Positions 56,175 through 60,034 of a stretch of 60,034 bases of DNA are shown one piece after another. This DNA comes from Bacteroidota bacterium (GTDB taxonomy: Bacteria; Bacteroidota; Bacteroidia; Palsa-965). The DNA is taken from positions 1-60,034 of the forward strand of contig JABDAO010000006.1 in NCBI GenBank assembly GCA_013289095.1. The letters run 5' to 3'. Under the pieces are notes generated by a model, which was not told the origin of the DNA, made no database searches, and saw only the letters and a program-made list of their open reading frames with translations. Each line of letters opens with the position of its first letter. Positions within the stretch are counted from its first letter, which is position 1. Position numbers and translations under genes: made by a program.

Positions 56175-58130
56175 TTGAAAACAAAGCTTCTGTTTATTCT
56201 TTTCCTCCTTATTGCCTCACTGCATCTTACAGCCCAACGGCATATCATCGATTCGTTGAGGCATGTCCTGAAAACAGAACAGGAGGATACAAACAAAGTA
56301 AAAACGCTGAACAAGTTAAGTTACCGGTTCTGGGTCACGGGCGTATACGACACAGCCATGATCTATTCAAAAGGGGCAAAGACATTGGCCGAAAAAATGG
56401 GTTATAAAAGCGGTTTATCGAATGCCCTGGAAGATTTAGGTGTAATTTATTATAAACGCGGCGATTTTTCAAAAGCCCTTGAGTATGATTTTAAAGCATT
56501 GGAGATAGAGAAGCAACTGGGCGACAAAAGACATTATGCGGCCTGTTTTGGGAATATCGGGATTGTGTATTACGCCCAGAATGACCTGAACAAAGCCCTC
56601 GAATACTTTAATAAAGCCCTGGAAATAGAAAAGATTTTAGGAAATAAAAACGATATAGCCGTTGATTATGGCAATACGGGCGCGTTATACGACAACATGA
56701 AGAATTATACAAAGGCGTTGGAATATGATTCGATGGCCCTGGCCTTAAATACCGAAATAGGGAATAAATACGGGATCGCAATCAATGAGGGCAATTTGGG
56801 TAGCATCTATGCCGAGCAAAACAATTACCCCAAGGCAATGGAGTATACCGTCAAAGCCCTGACGATACAAAGAGCGATTGGGGACAAAGAAGGCATTGCC
56901 CGCGATCTGAGCAATATAGGTGAGCTCTATATTAAATTCAATAAATACCCGCTTGCAAAATCATACCTCGATTCATCCATTGCCCTTTGCACCCTCATTG
57001 GGGCTATCGACCAGCTTGAAAACAGTTACAACAGTTTGTCTTACCTCGACAGCCTGACCGGAAATTACAAAATGGCCTATGCTGATTATAAAAAACACAT
57101 TGTTTACCGCGATAGTCTCCTGAATGATGCAAACACAAAAAAAACGGTGCAGACAGAAATGAATTATGAGTTTAAGCAAAAGGAAGAAGCAGGAAAAGCA
57201 GAACAGGAAAGGAAAGATATCATCAGTGAGCAGGAACGAAAAAAACAGGTGGTGATACGCGATTTCTTTATTGCAGGTTTTGCGCTGTTAATGGCCCTGG
57301 TCTTTTTTGTGTATCGGGGCTACCGCGAGAAAAAGAAGGACAACCTGACAATCACCCAACAAAAAGTATTGGTGGAAGAAAAACAAAAGGCAATCCTGGA
57401 TTCAATACACTATGCAAAGCGTATTCAGAAGGCCCTCCTGGCGTCTGATAAATTACTGGGGGCCAATTTGCCCAGATACTTTATATTATACAAACCAAAG
57501 GATATTGTCAGCGGAGATTTTTACTGGGCCACCCAAAAAGCAGAGACTTTTTATCTTGCCGTATGTGACAGCACAGGACATGGCGTTCCGGGTGCATTTA
57601 TGAGCCTGCTGAACATGTCGTATTTAAATGAATCCATCACCGAAAAGGGCCTTGCCAAACCCAATGAAGTACTGAATCATGTGCGCAAACGATTGATTGA
57701 AAACATCTCGCAGAATGGGCAACAAGATGGAATGGATGGCATTCTATTGTCATTCGACAAAAGAAATACAGTACTTGAATATTCTGCGGCCTATAACGAG
57801 CCCATCATCATCAGAAACGGCACTGCGATGGAATTGGATGCCGACAAAATAGCCATTGGCCGGTCGCCAAGGGAAGACGTTTCGTTTACCAATCATACCA
57901 TAAACTTACAAAAGGGCGATTTGGTGTATGTTTTTACCGATGGTTATGCAGATCAGTTTGGCGGGCCTAAGGGAAAGAAGTATATGTACAGTAAGTTTAA
58001 GGCTAAACTCTTAGCCCTTAGCCATCAGCCATTAGCCGCACAACGGGATAGTCTTGAACAAACCATTGAAAGCTGGCAAGGAAATCTGGAACAGGTGGAC
58101 GACATCCTCGTTATCGGAATACAGGTTTAG
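56175..58130 (+). CDS. TPR sensor + TM + SpoIIE/PP2C phosphatase
   Basis: Periplasmic TPRs, a TM helix, YAKRIQ, PKDIVSGDFYW, DSTGHGVPGA, FTDGYADQFGG and QVDDI motifs. The start is uncertain (TTG 56175 chosen). Confidence 0.93.
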   Translation: MKTKLLFILFLLIASLHLTAQRHIIDSLRHVLKTEQEDTNKVKTLNKLSYRFWVTGVYDTAMIYSKGAKTLAEKMGYKSGLSNALEDLGVIYYKRGDFSKALEYDFKALEIEKQLGDKRHYAACFGNIGIVYYAQNDLNKALEYFNKALEIEKILGNKNDIAVDYGNTGALYDNMKNYTKALEYDSMALALNTEIGNKYGIAINEGNLGSIYAEQNNYPKAMEYTVKALTIQRAIGDKEGIARDLSNIGELYIKFNKYPLAKSYLDSSIALCTLIGAIDQLENSYNSLSYLDSLTGNYKMAYADYKKHIVYRDSLLNDANTKKTVQTEMNYEFKQKEEAGKAEQERKDIISEQERKKQVVIRDFFIAGFALLMALVFFVYRGYREKKKDNLTITQQKVLVEEKQKAILDSIHYAKRIQKALLASDKLLGANLPRYFILYKPKDIVSGDFYWATQKAETFYLAVCDSTGHGVPGAFMSLLNMSYLNESITEKGLAKPNEVLNHVRKRLIENISQNGQQDGMDGILLSFDKRNTVLEYSAAYNEPIIIRNGTAMELDADKIAIGRSPREDVSFTNHTINLQKGDLVYVFTDGYADQFGGPKGKKYMYSKFKAKLLALSHQPLAAQRDSLEQTIESWQGNLEQVDDILVIGIQV

Positions 58131-58150
58131 ATACAGATTGGGCGCGCAGG

Positions 58151-58945
58151 TTAATTTTTAATGCACAACCCAAAACCAATCCTGAGCTTGATATAAAACA
58201 TGGACATAGAGGCTGCATTGTTTTCACCAACCACATTGGTCAGGAAATTGACATTATTGCTGGTCTTGGTGTAAATATCAATGTTGTTGTCGTTCCAATA
58301 AGAGTTATAGGGGCTTAGGGAGTACCCCACGGTAAGCCCTACCACTCCGGAAAAAAGCTTCCCGAACGGGGTTTTGCTCGAACAGAAATCGTGTTTGCTG
58401 ATGATCGAGCTCTGCCGGTCGAGATTGAAGGAGAAATCAAATGCCGTATAGGTATTGGTTGCCGATACATCCAATACGGGGTTGGTACCCTGATGCGAAT
58501 GAACATCCATGCCCCCGATATGCGCCCCGGCTTCGGGATAAAATACATAGTGTTGATTATGCAGCAAGACATATCCTATTTCGAGCCTTACCCCGGTGCC
58601 CGAAGTGGTAGTCCGGGAGGTGTTGTATACGGCGTTGCGCTGCGCCTGCCCTTCTATATCAACCTCGAACACCACATTTCTCACCATGGCATTGATCGGG
58701 GTTATGTTCCAGCTGATCAGATCGGTGGTCATGGGGGCAAAACCGTTGTTTTGCAAACTGCTATTGATTGAATTGCTGGCGCCGGGCGAGAGCGAGGTGT
58801 AGCCAAATCCCCCGGATATCATATAACCGCTCAATCGCTCACGTTCTTTTTTGACCGTGCTGTCAGAAACCTGGTTTTGAGCCGTGGCTGTGAATGTATA
58901 AAAGATGAAACACATGAATGCCGGAACAAGTTTGTCTGTTATCAT
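58151..58945 (-). CDS. Hypothetical outer-membrane beta-barrel protein
   Basis: Signal peptide, amphipathic strands, and terminal FYIKLRIGFG. Confidence 0.65.
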   Translation of the reverse strand: MITDKLVPAFMCFIFYTFTATAQNQVSDSTVKKERERLSGYMISGGFGYTSLSPGASNSINSSLQNNGFAPMTTDLISWNITPINAMVRNVVFEVDIEGQAQRNAVYNTSRTTTSGTGVRLEIGYVLLHNQHYVFYPEAGAHIGGMDVHSHQGTNPVLDVSATNTYTAFDFSFNLDRQSSIISKHDFCSSKTPFGKLFSGVVGLTVGYSLSPYNSYWNDNNIDIYTKTSNNVNFLTNVVGENNAASMSMFYIKLRIGFGLCIKN

Positions 58946-59252
58946 GAAAAAGGGAGATTGATTTATACCGGTGAGAGAACAAGAGCTGTGCCAGCTTCGG
59001 TAAAAAACGATTAGAATGGTCTTAAAACAGGGTGTTGGCCCAAAGCATCGGGAAGAGGCCACTCATTCCGTTTGAGGAATAGTGCACTCACCCGTTCGCG
59101 CAACTCTTCCTGCTCCTCCGGAAGGTTGACCAGGGCAGGACCCGAACCAAGGTATCCTGGCCTTCCTGCTTTAGCAAAGGCTTTCCACTTCTACAAACGT
59201 TTTTACTATTTGCCAGAGCTTCCTGAAGACATGCTGTTTTCCGGAGCGTGCA

Positions 59253-59288
59253 CAAAAAAGGCTGCCCCTCTCTGGGGCAGCCTTTTTG
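59253..59288 (-). terminator. Rho-independent terminator
   Basis: AAAAAGGCTGCCCC-TCTCT-GGGGCAGCCTTTTT. Confidence 0.85.
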
Positions 59289-59307
59289 TTTATTGGGTTG
59301 GTGGAAA

Positions 59308-60034
59308 TTATTGTTTCACGAATTTCACCACCTGGCTCGATCCATTCATTGCAACTTTAACAAAGTATAAACCTGCAGGCAAGGAAGCTATATCTATCGG
59401 GAGCGGTGCATTTGAACCGATCTCCTCCTGCATGCTCATCAGTTCTTTTCCTCTGATATCGAAAATGCTTACGTTGGCTTGTTTCGGAGCGCCTTCTACA
59501 TCAAATTTAATAAACAAGGTTTGCCCTGCAGGGTTAGGATACACTTCCCCATTCACGTAAGCAGGAGGAATGGAGCTGATACCGGTTGCAGTCGACATAT
59601 TTAAAGAGAACGTGGCTGTTGTGGAGCAACCGTTTAACGTGGCTGTAACGGTATAGGTGGTTGCCACAAGCGGAGCAACGATGACTGTGTCGCTGATGCC
59701 ATGCGATGCTGTGCTCCAGAGATACGATGTGCCGGTGCCGGCAGCGGTAAGCGTATCTTTGGTACCCGGTACGATAGGATTCGTGCCGATGATGGTAACA
59801 GTTGGCAATGGATTAATAAGAATCGTAACACTGGCTGCACCTTTACAACCATTGATGTCTGTTACAGTCACTCCCCAGGTCTTGGTGCCGGGAGTTCCTG
59901 TATTCGTATTAATCGCAGAATCGCCAAGGGAAGAAACAGGGGTTACATGGCTCCAGGAATAAGAGAACGGACTTGTTCCCGAAGTAACAACGGCCTTCAT
60001 CGTATCAGCTATTCCGAAACAGGTAAGTGTTTTT
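59308..60034 (-). CDS. T9SS type A sorting domain protein, 3' part (runs off the window)
   Basis: SprB/PKD-like repeats (VTVTDINGC, TTYTVTA) and VYPNPA...LPAGLYFVK C-terminal domain. Confidence 0.9.
   Translation of the reverse strand, partial: KTLTCFGIADTMKAVVTSGTSPFSYSWSHVTPVSSLGDSAINTNTGTPGTKTWGVTVTDINGCKGAASVTILINPLPTVTIIGTNPIVPGTKDTLTAAGTGTSYLWSTASHGISDTVIVAPLVATTYTVTATLNGCSTTATFSLNMSTATGISSIPPAYVNGEVYPNPAGQTLFIKFDVEGAPKQANVSIFDIRGKELMSMQEEIGSNAPLPIDIASLPAGLYFVKVAMNGSSQVVKFVKQ

Overview
This is a Bacteroidota chromosomal window, judged by four T9SS C-terminal sorting domains, TAnnTTTG-type promoters and weak or absent Shine-Dalgarno sites. The housekeeping backbone includes ybeY, an RsbW-like kinase, a DUF4175-like coiled-coil protein, a SAM methyltransferase, gltX, folB and tRNA-Cys. 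An N-glycan/GlcNAc cluster (MFS, ROK, GH20, glycosylasparaginase, GH92) is interrupted by a thiosulfate module (TsdA, two YeeE/YedE proteins, SoxB-like). There are two RiPP loci: an orphan His-rich lanthipeptide-type precursor and a grasp-with-SPASM cluster. Accessory DNA comprises (i) a decayed integrase/RHS remnant carrying an intact HATPase + STAS pair; (ii) an integrase-less island at tRNA-Cys with two att scars, encoding an unusual 920-aa wHTH-PIN-coiled-coil-TOPRIM fusion followed by a GmrSD-type nuclease, plus a Fic gene; and (iii) a nucleotidyltransferase gene pair between 60-bp hairpin repeats, next to a group IIC intron 5' fragment. In non-coding DNA, six co-oriented copies of a ~150-170 bp element keep a conserved fold while swapping hairpin sequences, and three unrelated tandem arrays all have a 21-bp period. 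The best candidates for undescribed systems are the PIN-TOPRIM + GmrSD locus and the co-oriented structured repeat family. All family assignments come from motif recognition by eye; no database searches were run.
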